A DNA stretch of 64,000 bases from Octopus vulgaris. Its lineage: Eukaryota. The position numbers and the translations under genes were made by a program. The stretch covers positions 20,522,001-20,586,000 of the forward strand of contig OX597827.1 in the NCBI GenBank assembly GCA_951406725.2. The letters are read 5' to 3'. The stretch's first letter is position 1. Each line of letters opens with the position of its first letter. Positions 27,901 to 43,235 of the stretch are shown here, piece after piece. The notes beneath the pieces were generated by a model. The model saw nothing but the letters and a program-made list of their open reading frames with translations. It did not search any database and was not told where the DNA came from.

Positions 27901-28105
27901 AAACAGGCAGTATGCAAAGAACCAGCCGGCGTCGTTCGTCCTTGTTCGGCTACTTGCGTGGCTCCGAGAAGAGAGTCAACTGTGCCAAAGGGCATACCCG
28001 GTTGGCTGAGTCCATCTCTGCCCCTCGACCAATTTCCTGCGAACAGCCATGTGAAGAGCTTACATCAGAAAGTGAAACCTTCAACTCACTGTAACGAAAA
28101 GGAAG
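27901..28105 (+). CDS. RGS12: RGS12-like penultimate exon
   Basis: Long pyrimidine tract with caacag acceptor and gtatct donor; phase 0-1 joins 24912 to 29518 in frame. Confidence 0.75.
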
Positions 28106-29517
28106 GTATCTGGCTGTTCATTTATTATTCTCTTTTTTTTTTTTTGTTTTTGCTTTGTTTTTACTGTGTCCTTCTCTCCTCCTCAATCATGCTTTTTGCT
28201 TCTCTTTCATCAGTTGACACTTTACTAATCTGTTTTGTATATTTCTTCAGTTAGTCTCTCTATACTGCACATCTTTCAGAGTCTGTCTCTTCCTCTCCAT
28301 TGTTAAAATTTCCTCAAGTCCTTTGAATTATGGCTCAAGTGTATCAAATGAGGTTGAGTGTTTTATTCCTTCTACCCAGCTTCAACTTACTGGCTGGATT
28401 AAATCAACCCCAGAGAATTCAAAGACAGAGTCGACTGTAACGGGATTTTGACACAGAGCATAAAGGATCAGAATTAAACACTGCAAGTTGTTTGGTCTGA
28501 TGTTCTGCCAGTCTGTTTCTTTATTCTTCTGAGAGAAATTATTAGAGAGCAACCATGTTGTGGCTGAGTGAGTTGAGGCGGTTAGAGAAATTGTTGTTCT
28601 GTGAAAAAGAGTGGGGTGGAAGAGAATAAGTGAGAGGGACAATAAGAAAGAGAAACATATATGAGAGAAAGAGAGGTAATGATAGAAAGAGAGAGAGTGA
28701 GATAGAGAGAGCTAAGTCTTTGCCTTTTCCCTTTAATAAGAGATTGCAATAGACCTCTCTGTATTTCACATGCCCTTTGACCTCCATCTCTAATAGTCTG
28801 CTTGCAAGGCTTATATGTAAGAAATAACATTGGACTGCTTTGTCCTAAATAACTGTTTCAATCATTCAATCTTACCATTGTCCACCTCTGTCCATCATTT
28901 CCTCTCCCTCACTCCCCTTACTCTTGCTCCTTCCACCCTGGCTCTTCTCTTACCAAACTCTCCACTTTTCACCTTCTCAGTCGATGCCTTAAGCAAACAA
29001 ATTCAGAGTGGTGAGGACCCTTCTCTTGCAGGGTCCAAGGCAGCTTCAGTTATGCTGGTGCCATGATAAAATTAACCCAGAACATTCTGTAAAGTGGTTG
29101 ACAATGTTAAGAATATTCAGGCATAGGTAGGACATGCCAAAAATGAAATAAACTTACTCAGATATAAACAAACCATTCAACATATGCTAGCACGAAAAAC
29201 AGACATAAAATGATGATGGCATACACACACACACACACATGCAGAGGGTATGTCTATGGATCAATCTCCATGGAGACTGAGGGCATGAGCATGGAGATTG
29301 ATGATTCATGATACTTTGGTTTCCTGTGTTGAAATTGAGCTGTTTTTCTCATCTGTGAAATATTATATTTGTTTTTATGATACTGCAGTGACAGTGATGA
29401 TGTCTGTGTTGGTGTACTGTACCAATAATGATGATATTTGGATTAATAATACAGTGATAAGGATAGTATTTGTGTATTAGTTTAATGCAGTGATAATGTT
29501 TGTGTTTTTTGTTTCAG

Positions 29518-30578
29518 GTGATGCTGCCAATGGTAGGACACAAGATTTTCTGGAAAGTCGAAATGATGTCCCTAAATGTAATGTGGTGTTGTTTGCTGAA
29601 GGTAGCAATGGTCAGGTTTCAAGCCGTTTGGACAGTCATCCTAAAGTGAGCTTGGAACCACCAATTCCAGCAGCTAGAGAAAAATCTAAAACTACTTTGA
29701 CCAGCATTCCAAAACCAAAACCACGTAAAAAACCTATCCTAATTCCTCGACAACAAAAGGATACTGACATGTCCCTTGTTGGGTCCTCAAAGTATCAGGA
29801 GGCCATCTCTCGGGAAACACCAAAGTTGTATGGTGCTAAATTTAGTTCACATGCACGTTGTATAAAGAATTTCAAGACTTTTGGCTCACCCTCTGACAAA
29901 GTGCTGCATGAGCTCCAGGCGAACTTCCAAGAGACTGTTGCGTTACCACACTCATCATTAGCCCAGGACTATTTTCAAAGCTCGCATGGAACACCTTTGT
30001 ACAACACTGAAGTCGTGCAGGACATGTCACTGATGCACGACTACAGTGCAGACTTCTGCAACCCCAATTCATCTCTTGCCATGATAAATTTTGGTGATCA
30101 TCTTGTGCCATCTACCCCAATAGCAGCATCTAGTCCCCGAAATAGCACTGCACCCATTGCCTCCCCTGAGGATCTTTCACCTCCTCCTCTGCCTGCCAAA
30201 CCAAAACGATTTCAGAAACCATCCAACAAACTGGTTGCTGCAGCCTCTCCCCCTCCACCACCACCCCAGCCATTCCAAGAGACCCTATACCATACAGAGA
30301 AGGCAGACTTTGCTCCACCCCCTCCATTACCACAAACTTCAAAGAAAAAACCACCCAGAATTACTAACCATGCTATTGTATCCTATGGCCCCATTCTCAG
30401 TCCAGCTTCGGACCATAATAAACAACAAAGAGTCACTTCTCCTCAAAGAGTCACTTCACCAAGCCCAAACTACCCTCTTTATAAACAATACCCTGTAATC
30501 CCATCAACCAGTCCTTCTTCCAGTCCTATTGTATTTCAGTTAGAACTTTCTGGAACACAGAATGTGTCATTTGTATAG
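29518..30578 (+). CDS. RGS12: RGS12-like last coding exon (Pro-rich, C-terminal NVSFV)
   Basis: tttcag acceptor, phase 1; long ORF ending S-F-V*, a class I PDZ ligand like vertebrate RGS12 ATFV. Confidence 0.88.
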
Positions 30579-32704
30579 ACACCTTAGTAGAATAACTCCT
30601 GAATTCACTTTCAGACAATAGATTTTTGTTGTTATTGTTTTTGTTTTATTTTTAAATTGTTTCATATCACATCAAAATGGGACTTGTTGTTTCTGTGTGA
30701 ATACTTAGTGCGTTTGTACAGGCAGATGCATTAAATACACCCACACTTACATGTGACAAGCTTCTGCATGGTTTCCAGTTATTAAATTGTATCTACAAAG
30801 GGAAGTACAAGAAGAGGAGACACTTGGCCAATGTAGACACAGGTAAATGAAACACAGAGCCATATTGTTGCTGACTCCTTAACCACAAGGCTACACTAGC
30901 GTCTGCCTGCATGCCTGTCTGTCTGTATGTCTAGGGGAGAGGTATGTCGTAATGACATTGACTTCTTAATCATGTTGTTTTGGCTTTGGCACTTCAGGTT
31001 GACCAATGCCTTATGAGAAGAATTCATAGATGTAAACTGAGAAACCTGTCATATATGTGTGTTTGTGTGTGAATGTCATTTCAACATATCTTCATTAGCG
31101 CCACCTGAGTAAAAGCTTATCTTTTGTTAACATTTCCTGGTAAGCAAAAGTTTTCTAGTTTCAATGTCTTCCTTGTTTTTCATGTTGTGAGGATCAATGA
31201 ATTACTGTCTTTGGAAAACAGGTAAGTGTTGATGACAGGAAAAGCATCTGGTTATAGAAAATTTGCCTTGACAAGTTTCATTTAGGCATGCCACGAAAGC
31301 AAAAATATTGAGAAATTCGTTGATATTTATTTGTTTATATTGTGAAACAATCATATTTTGTATTTCCCAATATTTTGTCAAACTGCTAGCTTTCATTAGC
31401 CATTGGAATCACTGGAAATGTTCCAAGCTCCATTTTCTAAATCCCTAAAGATTATGTTATTCTGATTTATTTAGAACTGTCCAGAGATGGGGTTACAAAG
31501 GCTACAAACAGAATGAGTATCTCTGAAATGTTCTACAAAGAATGTCCCTACACCAACAGAAAAAGCAGAGAAGAATAACATTTTATTTTTTAATATGTGG
31601 AATGAAAATACCACAATAGGAAACAAGTTTGCTTCAGATGTCATACATTACTTAGAAATCAAAAAAAAAAAAAGAAGAAAAACAGAATACTTTGAATCTG
31701 CCTTTTTTAATTGGATCAAAAGTGTAAGCTTTGAACCAAACCAAAATCATTCATCCAACAACTTTGAAGATATTTTGCATAAAGATTTCACCAAATGTGA
31801 AAATTCCAAACATGTCCATGGATAAAAACTAAGTCTTTATAAAACTAGTAGTCAGACATTCCATAGATTCCTTTCAAACAGTATCACCAATATCTACAAG
31901 AAAACTAACTCCAGCACATACCATACTGTTATCTACCAACCTAGATAATAGTTCAGAACCTTCAGTGTTACATAAATCATTCAGCTAATTTAAAGATTGT
32001 GAAAGCAGTTTTGTTGCAAATTGAAAATGCACCCAAAAACAAATTAAGCATTATCAGCAAATTAGCATTCCATTATTTTTTATGTTTAAACAAGGTTCAA
32101 GGTCACTTGTATTTCATTCTAGAAAAATAATGTCATCAAGTGGTTTGGTAAAATAGATAATAAATAATTTGATAAATGTAGGCAGTTTGATAAAGCAAAG
32201 TTCTGTTTGACTTTAATCAAATTCCTTCTCCAAAATGATTTAGAATTTGGTAAAGCTTTTATTCCAGCTAGTGATTTAGACATTGATATTATTATGGATT
32301 CAGGTAAGTCTATTTTATTTCAAGTATGGTTAGTTTTTTTTTAGGAATAACTTTAGATTTAGGTAGTAGTAAACACTTCCCTAAATTATAAACTTGACAA
32401 GAAATAGTTATATGTAAGATGATGATGATGATGATGATGATGATAAGCAACAATCCTAAAAAGAAGTGATTTACATCAGTAAGCATTCACTGTATCCTCT
32501 GATGGGAATCTGTTAATCCTGCTGCTTATTACACCAATGTAATAGAAGAGAATGGATTCAAGAGACTTACAGAGCTACTAATATAAACATAAATATGAAA
32601 CAAAAGATGTTTCAGACCTAAATATTTGTCCTAATATTACCAGGAGCTTCCTAAATCTTATAAATAAGTATTTCCTCAAAGATCAGATATATTTTAAGAT
32701 GTTC

Positions 32705-32710
32705 AATAAA
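32705..32710 (+). promoter_or_regulatory. Candidate polyadenylation signal of the RGS12-like gene (~2.1 kb 3' UTR)
   Basis: AATAAA followed by a GT/T-rich element (GTTGTTTCTTTGGT). Confidence 0.35.
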
Positions 32711-32954
32711 AATAATTTTGAGGTGAGCTACAGTTGTTTCTTTGGTCAGCATAAATAGAAGAAACCTCTAGTAGCATGAATATATAAAACTTTTTTCCTC
32801 TTTACTATTCTAACCAGCTTATTCCCTTCTCAATGGTATGTATCTTTCCAGAGTAATAGTTTCTCCAGCTAATGGCTCTCCTACACATAACTGAAAAAAA
32901 AAAACTATATTAAGGAATCTTGAACTGCTTATATAAATACATAGGTTTAATTTG

Positions 32955-32988
<34 letters not shown>

Positions 32989-32999
32989 TATATAGTAAC

Positions 33000-33725
33000 A
33001 GAAAGGGAAGAATTTCAATTATCCCCATGTGGTGAGTTGTAATATATATAAGAAATTAAAGGAAAATGCACACACTTCACATAGTTTTAATATATCTTGC
33101 ATTGTGTTTGTTGACCGGTTTCGCTATTCATGACATTAAAATTTATTTAAATACGTATTTTCTTAAGAAATTTTTTGGTCCATGAGTGTGAAATTTATGA
33201 GTGAATGAGTCAACAAGTAGAAAAATCTAAGGGGAGGTAATTATCATTGTTATTGTAGGCAGAGGGATAATTTTTCAGCTTTCAGTAGGGGGGAGGGGAA
33301 TATATATATACACAAAAATTCAAAAACTAGATTAGTGGGGAGAAATATGTACAGTGATGGGTATGAAATCGTGAATTAAAATGTGTAAAGAGATCAAAGT
33401 CAGTTATGTGTGCATATTTAGATGTGTTCTGTATTTTTCGATGAAAAACTTTTCTTTATTTAAATGTTCATGTAAAGAAATTGTATCTTTGCACTGGTAA
33501 AAGGGGAAAACTGAAATTTGGTTTGATATCACCTGCACATTTCTCTGTGTTCACTTAAAGGAATTTGTATTGCGGGAACCGGATCTGCTCTTTATATAGA
33601 GTGGTTCTCCGTCTCAATGTCATACTTGTCTGTCCTATATAGTGATATCCACAACCCGAGCAGGTTATTACATAAATTAGGTTTACAGATGCACAAGTGA
33701 AGTTGGTTTTAATTGTGAACCTCTC
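33000..33725 (-). mobile_element. Penelope-like element 3' remnant (GIY-YIG endonuclease and decayed hammerhead)
   Basis: Minus strand 33719-33567 translates FTIKTNFTCASVNLIYVITCSGCGYHYIGQTSMTLRRR; downstream GCGAAACCGGTC (~33113-33124) is a hammerhead right half. Confidence 0.8.
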
Positions 33726-34129
33726 TCCTTATGCATATGGAGAAGACTACACTTGTGTGGTCATGTGATGCAGATGGATGAAGACAGCTGTATAAAGAAG
33801 TGCAAATTGTCTAACATGGAAGGAACCTGTGGAAGGGTAAGATGTGAACCTGAATGGGTTCAGGTAGAAAGGGAATATGAGAGAGGAGCAGAAAAGTGGA
33901 TGTGTAGATAAAATGCACTGAGTGAAGCTAGTGACGGATAATTAGATATAGGCAATGATTTGGACACAGGATAATCAGTTCAGGGGAGGGGAAAAGTGAA
34001 AAAAATAGGGTAACATGAAAGATTGATGGAAGAGTGGCTGTTAGAAGATGAGTTATTGTGGAAAGCTTGACAGAATTTCGCTTCTGATGGATGGGTCTTA
34101 AGCAAAGCATATCACCATTCATCTTGATC

Positions 34130-35130
34130 TCTCATCATGTCAGAGGCTCAACATCTTGATGTCAGTCTTCACTACTTCATCCCACATCTTCCTAGGTCTT
34201 CCTCTTCTACAGGTTCCTTCTATGTTTAGCAATTGGCACTTCTTTATACAATTGTTTTTCTACATCCACATCACATGAACCTACTAATGTAGTCTTCTCT
34301 CCTGCACATCTGATGCCTTTTTTACCCAAATTTTCTCTCAGTACATTTGTACTTTGTTGTTCATTCACACTGACATTGCACATCCATCAGAGTATGCTAG
34401 TTTCATTTCTTTCTAGTCTTCACATGTCTTCTGCATTCACACCTAAGTTTTTGCAACGATGTAGCACTGCTGTTCACGCACAGGCATCATGCAATCTGCC
34501 TTTCTCTTTGAGAGAGAGACTTTTGTTACCAGCAGAGGTAAAAGTACTCTGAACTTTCTCCAGCCAGTTATTATTCATCATCATCATCATCATTGTTTAA
34601 CGTCCGTTTTCCGCGCTAGCACGGGTTGGACGGTTCGACCGGGGTCTGGGAAGCCAGGGGCTACTCCAGGCTCCAGTCTGATCTGGCAGAGTTTCTACGG
34701 CTGGATGCCCTTCCTAACGCCAACCACTCCGCGAGTGTAGTGGGTGCTTTTTACGTGCCACCTGCACAGGTGCCATTCAAGCAATATAATTTCAGAGCAT
34801 CTTTCTCTACTGCTAATTAGGTCACCTAGGTGACAGAAACTATCTATTACCACTAGGGAACCTCCTGGACATTTCAGAACATCTATTTCCTGTGTGCACT
34901 TATTCCTTTGATTTCAATGCATCTCTCATGAGTCCATAGTTTGTCCTTGGTACACTATATAGAATTTCTACCTACACCTACATATGGAACAGGGCCATTT
35001 TCCCAGTGGGATTAGTGTTCTGTTTGTTTTCCAGTTAATTAGAACTTTGGTAAGTTAACTTTAAGGCCCTTTGATTCCAGGTTTCGTTTCCACACTTGGA
35101 ATATTCTGCAGTTTCGGCTAAAGTCATTAT
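34130..35130 (-). mobile_element. Decayed RTE fragment interrupted by a younger RTE-tail repeat (34575-34773)
   Basis: Similar to 7403-8335 and to the reverse complement of 38640-39330. Confidence 0.7.
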
Positions 35131-35711
35131 GGCTGTGTAGTAAGTTATATCTCAAGTCCATGGTAGTAGTCCCACTGTAACTTTGGGTCAACCAGTGTCA
35201 AAAGTGGATTTAGTTGACAGAAACTGAAAGAAGCTCATCGTACATGTGTGTTACTCTGTCCTAGATTTAACATTGCATTGTAGTTGTAAATAAGTGTCAC
35301 CATCATACAAGCAGTGTCCTTCATTTTCCGTTTTGCTTGGAAACATGTCTGGTGATGAGAAAATATTACTTAGTCAGAAAGAGGTGAGGGCTGGCAACAG
35401 GAAGGGCATCCAGCTGCAGAAAATCTGCCTCAACAAATTCTGTCCAACCCATGTCAGTGGATGTTAAACCATGATGATGGTGATGATGCATACCTGCAGT
35501 TGATGTATTTGTTATATATGGATTCATAGAAATCCTGTGGTTATACCAAAAAGCTTCTGTAGCAGATTTGGTGAGAAGAATTGAAGCATTGGTGTTACCA
35601 TGGATGTTCTGGTGATCTGATAAGTCAGCTTTCTCTATCTGCACTAATTTGTAAATATACAATTCTGTTGTATAATGCATATTAGTGTAGACATATAAAA
35701 AAAATTATTAT

Positions 35712-36065
35712 AGGTGCAGGAAGGACTGTGTGGTAAGTAGCTTGCTTACCAACCACATGGTTCCGGGTTCAGTCCCACTGCATGGCACTTTGGGCAAGTG
35801 TCTTCTACTATAACCTCAAGCTGACCAAAGCCTTGTGAGTGGATTTGGGAGATGGAAACTGAAAGAAGTCTGTCATATATATGTATATGTTTGTGTATCT
35901 GTGTTTGTCCCCCAACATCGCTTGACAACCGATTCTAGTGTGTTTACATCCCTGTAACTTAGTGGTTCTGCAAAACAGACCGATAAAATAAGTCCTGGGG
36001 TCGATTTGCTCAACTAAAGGCGGTGCTCCAGCATGGCCGCAGTCAAATGACTGAAACAAATAAAA
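35712..36065 (+). mobile_element. tRNA-derived SINE
   Basis: GGTGCAGG..TGTGTGGTAAG (A box), GGTTCAGTCCC (B box) and family 3' end GTCAAATGACTGAAACAA. Confidence 0.75.
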
Positions 36066-36140
36066 GAATACATTGAAGGCTGTGAAATTACTAATCATAA
36101 GGTTAAATAAATATATTAACCTCTCATTCCTCCTAAGTTT

Positions 36141-36176
<36 letters not shown>

Positions 36177-36329
36177 CATACGGATAGATAGATAGATACC
36201 ATATATACCTGTTGGTCCACTGATGGATAATGGCATTGGGGCCTGTGTACCCCTGGTAGTCCGTGAACTAAATTCAAAATAATTTCATATTTATTTATAT
36301 ATATTGACACAAGGGTTGTGAACAAAATT

Positions 36330-36885
36330 TATCCTCAACATAATCACGGATATGACCTTTACTGCTTCAGACAGCATAGCAGCAATAAATGAGATCAAAT
36401 ACTATTCTGCTGTAGGCCCTGATAGATTCCCCACTAATGCCCTGAAGGAATGTAGACACCAACTTGCAATCCTTCTAACCAACCTCTGGAGAAATTCTTT
36501 AGACTCAGGTTATATACTGAAACAGCTCTGTCATCCTGGTTTTCAAACAGGGAAACAGATCCCTCACAGTCAACTATTGTCCAATTTCATTTACCTCCCA
36601 TTTCATCTAAGTGTTTGAAAAGGTGATGAGATCAAGGATAGTTGGCTTCTTGGAGAGCAACAATCTTCTAAATTCAAACCAGCATGGCTTTCATTGCAGT
36701 AGGGAATATCTCACACAGCTCTTACACCACATCAATGATATCCTTAAAGCCTTGGGATCATGTTCAAACTCTGATGTCATATATCTTGACTTCAGTAAAA
36801 CATTCTAGAGTCAACCACAATATCCTACTGTCACAATTGTCAAATATTGGAATTCATGGAAAACTACTACACTGGATTGAGTCAT
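36330..36885 (+). mobile_element. CR1/L2-type LINE reverse transcriptase fragment (frameshifted)
   Basis: SAVGPD..LKEC..LWRNSLDSG, FEKVM..NQHGF..DVIYLDFSK, VNHNILL..IGIHGKLLHWIESY. Confidence 0.85.
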
Positions 36886-37439
36886 ACATAAATTTAAAGA
36901 TTAAAATTTACATGTATATTAATTTAGTATTAATATTTTAATGATAATAATAAGTGTTATTAAATCCTATGGCTTTTCTTCTGAACCGGACTAGAGATGT
37001 GGTGCATAATCCTTAGCTTTGCAAAAGGGCTGTGTGCTCTCAACATCCATTTTGCACACCTGTTATGCCCACTCACCCTCGCCCACCACCATTTTAATTT
37101 GTACATTAACATTTGGCGACTCATACATTTCATGTGCTGTGTATGTGAATACATATTTTAAGTTTACCTTCATACAAGTGCCCTGATGAGTGTCATATAC
37201 AGTTAAAAGTACCTCGTATATGAATATTTAGACATATGATACTTAAACTGCCCTATGTAACCACCCTAGTCTCATACCCACTTGTTGGCTCTTGCTCTAG
37301 ATGTTGGACGAGGTGAGGGAAACTGATTCATTGTAATTTACTGAATAAAGTCTGTATCAAAACTCTATGCTAGCTGGCAAGCATTTTCACAGATCGTTTC
37401 AGGTAACGACAAAATTCCCACAACTACCTTACTGCCACC

Positions 37440-40100
37440 ACTCCCAAGAACTCAGTCTCAGAGCTGCTACTATCAATGTTGGCACAATGAAAGGAAGGAG
37501 TGGGGAGATTGTTGAAATGTTAAAGCAACGCCATGTTCATGTGTGTGGTGTACAAGACTTTATTCAGTGATGACATGGTGGTGCGGCAAGGAGGTTGACA
37601 GTGTTATAAAAGCAAAAAGACAAGACGGGGAAAAACGGTGGAAGCAAAGAATTATATCAGGTAACCAAAAGGGCAGTTAGGTGTCAGGTATACATAGCAA
37701 AAAGAGTAGCTGAAGGTAAGAGATTTGCAAATCTCCTACAACACGAGGATCAGAGGTGTAAGGTGTTCAGGATTGCAAGGCAGTGTATCAGAGAAAATAG
37801 AGATGTGGTAGGTGAGAAATGTGTGCGAATGGATAATGGTATGCTTGCACTTAGTGACTCAGAGAAGAAAGATGCATGGAAGTGCCACTATGAAAGGTTA
37901 CTAAATGTGGAAAATGAATGAGAGAAGGAGAGTTTACCAAATATCGAACCAACTGAAGGACCAACCATCAGAGTTGATAGCAGCATAATAGATAAGGCAA
38001 TTAAGGATATGAAGACAGGAAAAGCCCCTGGGCCATCAGGAATCACTGCTTAAAATTGCTGGTGGCATAGGATACAGTTTTGTCACCCGTCATAGCTAAT
38101 CAGCTTATTCAGGAAGGCACCATCTCTGACAACTGGTGTAGTCTGCTATCAGGATAAAGGTGACGACTTAGATAGAAACAAGTCATGAAAATTGCTGAGA
38201 GGTTTATAGCTCAATTGATTAGAAATAGAATTAAACTAGATGAGATGCAGTTTGGCTTTGTACCTGGGAAGAGTACCACAGATGTCATCTTCCTAGTGAG
38301 ACAGCTGCAGGAAATGGCCAAAAGTAAGCCATTGTACTTAGCCTTCATGAACCTGGAGAAAGCTTTTGACAGAGTTCCCCACTCTGTTATATGGTGGTCT
38401 CTAAGGAAGTTAGGAGTAGAGGAATGGCTTCTTAGAGCTGTCCAAACCATGTACAGTGGTGCTGTCAGGTGAGAGTTGGCCATGAATACAGTGATGAGTT
38501 TAGTGTTCAGGTAGGGGTTCATCAGGGCTCAGTTCTCAGCCCCCTCTTATTCATTATAGTCCTCCAGGCCATAACAGAGCAATTCAAGATTGGGTGCCCT
38601 GGCTATAAGCTGATGACCTTGCTCTTATTGCAGAATTGGAGGAAAAATTCCAGGTGTGGATACAAAACCTGGAATCAAAGGACCTTAAAGTTAATCTAAG
38701 ACAAAACTGGATCTTAGTAAGAAAGAAGATAGAACTTCCTTTCTGTCAGGTAAATGTCTATGCTCCATATGTAGGAAATGTGTTGGAAGATATTCTATTT
38801 GTTGTAGCCAGTGTAAATTATGGACTCATAAAACATGCAGTGGAATCACAGGTAGATTAACTTAGATTCTCTCAAATGCCCAGAAGGCTCCCTTGAGGTT
38901 GTAGATAGTTTGTTACCTAGGTGATCAAATTAGCAATGGTGGAGGATGCACTGAAAGTATTGTTTCTAGAATAAGAATAGGGTGGAGGAAGTTCAGAGAG
39001 CTATTGCCTCTGTTGGCAATAAAAGAACTCTCTCTCAGAATGAAAGGTAGACTATATGATGCTTGTGTACAAACGGCTATACTCCATGGTAGCAAGACAT
39101 GGGCTCTAAATGCAGAAGACATGCATAGACTGGAGAGAAACGAAGGTAGTATGCTCCATTTGATGTGCACATGTATGGCAAAGTGCAAATGTATTGAGAG
39201 AAAAGTTGGGCATAAGAGGAATCAAATGTAGCAAGCAAGAGAGAAGACGACATTGGTTTGGACATGTGATGTGTATGAATGAGGACAGGTGCATAAAGAG
39301 GTGCTGATCACTAAAAGTGGATGGTACCCATGGAAGAGGGAGGCCCAGGAAGAGATAAAGTGGTAAGGACTGATCTCAGAAAGTTGGACCTCATGGAAAA
39401 AATGACCATGAACCGAGATGTTTGGCAATATGAAGTTCTTGAGAAGAGTTGCCCACATCAGCCAAACTGTGTTCTAAAAGCAATGTGTGTCCCACCCACA
39501 CTTAACAAGAAAACTTCTCACACACTCTACCACAAAAAACCAAACTACATCTCCACATCCCTTCTCTTCCTCATATTTACATTTCATGAACTATGCTTAC
39601 CTCCCACTCCCCTCTTGGCTCTGTGCCACTGTATCATCGCTCTTCGCTTGCCCCCAACCTGTGTGTTCTATCTACATGCCCCATCTCGTTCTACCATCTT
39701 TCTGCTAGCCCTCGATCTGTGTGTTTTACCCACACATAACTCCTTCATACACTATGCCTGTCCTCACACCCCTGTTCCTCTGTATCATTGCTATCTGGTT
39801 GCCCCGCCCAACTCCAACTCTATACCTACCCAGGTCTTTCACCACTTACTCGCACTCTTTAATCACACTCCCTTTGCATTATTCTACCATTTGAACCTCA
39901 AATACCATAATATAAGGTATTTGCCACCATCTATAGCTCTCTCTTCCTTTATTCAACCATCCCATCTCTATCCTGCTGTCTCCCACTCTCTCTCCTCCTG
40001 CACTTTCCTCAGGTTAGGTAACCGTGTATTTCCTTTGCGGTAGCACACCTCTTTCTCTCTTCATTCCTGATCTTTCTCTCTCCTTGTACTTCCTCTACAG
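37440..40100 (+). mobile_element. Decayed RTE LINE (APE endonuclease start, RT, 3' UTR)
   Basis: ATINVGTMKGRSGEIVEML, MQFGFVPGKSTTD..LAFMNLEKAFDRVP, VGVHQGSVLSPLLF, RLYDACV; many stops and frameshifts. Confidence 0.85.
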
Positions 40101-40856
40101 CAAGACACCCGAAGATGAAAAGGGTGAATTCCACATTTCATGAACCCACTTTCCAGAATCTTGCTGTGAGTGACCCCATCAGGAAAGCGAGCAGCATGCA
40201 GCTGTGTGAGCAGACCAGGAAAAGGATCTTTAGTTAAGGTCTTTGAGTTCTTCCTGCCATAAGCCTTCCAATCATGAAAAATTTTTCTCCAACCTTTTTT
40301 AAGAAGCCCATAGAATACCACATCAAGAAGTTGAAGTATACGTGTGGAATTGGGTGGTAGCAGCTTGCTTATTGCTGGAAACAGTGATTGGCGTTACTTT
40401 GAACAGTGCTCAAAGTAACCCCGCTGGATAATCAAAGTGTGTGTGTGTGTGTGTGGGGGGCATGTCATGTTATACAAGGTTTTACAAAGATACCAAAGTT
40501 ACAAAAACACTTCAATAGAAGATTATTAACTATTATTAACGTCATATTTTAACAAAAGCTTGTATCTTTTATGCAAGAAGTGCTTTAGCTACTGACAAAA
40601 GTATTCATATCTTGCAAAAATGTTTGTTTTGCTGGAATTTGAAGTTGACAAATTCTTTCTTAGAGTGGATAATCAAAGTTATATTTACTAATTTTACTTT
40701 ATGTATAGAAATTATAGTATCATAGAAATATAATTCTAAAGTTTAACAACACATTTAAACAATTTCTATAAGAAATTTTAGTAACAAGCAATAAAAGGAA
40801 GCAAAATATATTTTGTTCAAAGTTACCCCGGTGTTCAAAGTAACCACATTTCATGG
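40100..40856 (-). mobile_element. pogo/Tigger-family DNA transposon remnant
   Basis: Minus strand LPPNSTRILQLLDVVFYGLLKKGW..SGFMKCGIHPF (DDE_1 C-terminal motif); terminus TA|CCATGAAATGTGGTTACTTTGAACA. Confidence 0.7.
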
Positions 40857-41594
40857 TATATATATTATTTAGGGAGATTGAGGGGCTGAGAGAAGAAGTA
40901 CGGTGTAATGGAGAAAAGTAAAGGGAAAGAGAGAGTGTGTGTGTCTATGTATTTATAGAGAAGAAATAGAGAGAGAAAGAAGAAAAAAGACGAGGAAAAG
41001 AGGGATTGAGGCGCTGGGAGAAGAAAGATGGCGTGATGGAGTGAAGTAAAGGAAGAGAGAAAGAGAGAGTGTCTACATATTTAGAGAGAGAGAGAAACGA
41101 AGAAAAGACTGTGTGATGGAGAGAAGTGAGAAAAAGAGAGAGAAAGAAAGAAAAGAAGTGATTGTCGTCTGGTTTGCAGGGCGAAGATGAGTTGACAAGT
41201 CTGAGAATCGAAAGGAAAGATGGCCGAAACGACTTGGGCAGGGAATATGAATATATATGTGCCTACCTGTGACAACGGAAAAGCCGCTAAATTAGGAATA
41301 ACGAAATTTAAATCTATCTACAATAATGAATAATCTCGTAAGTCAAAGGCAAAACATTGAGGAAAGACCTTATGTAAATTAGAACTTTCTGCGTTCGTCT
41401 TATAACACCTTTCACTAAACGAATGTCAGAAAATGCACAAATGATACTTACCCAGGTCTTCCTCAGACAGATATATTTCCAAGGCAGTTGCAGATTTGGA
41501 ACTTCTTTTCGAAATTTCTTAATACCATGCGCTGCTTAATACGATACAATGTTTACTTTTCGTGCATTCATAAAGGATTTCTTTTTGAACCAAA

Positions 41595-43235
<1,641 letters not shown>

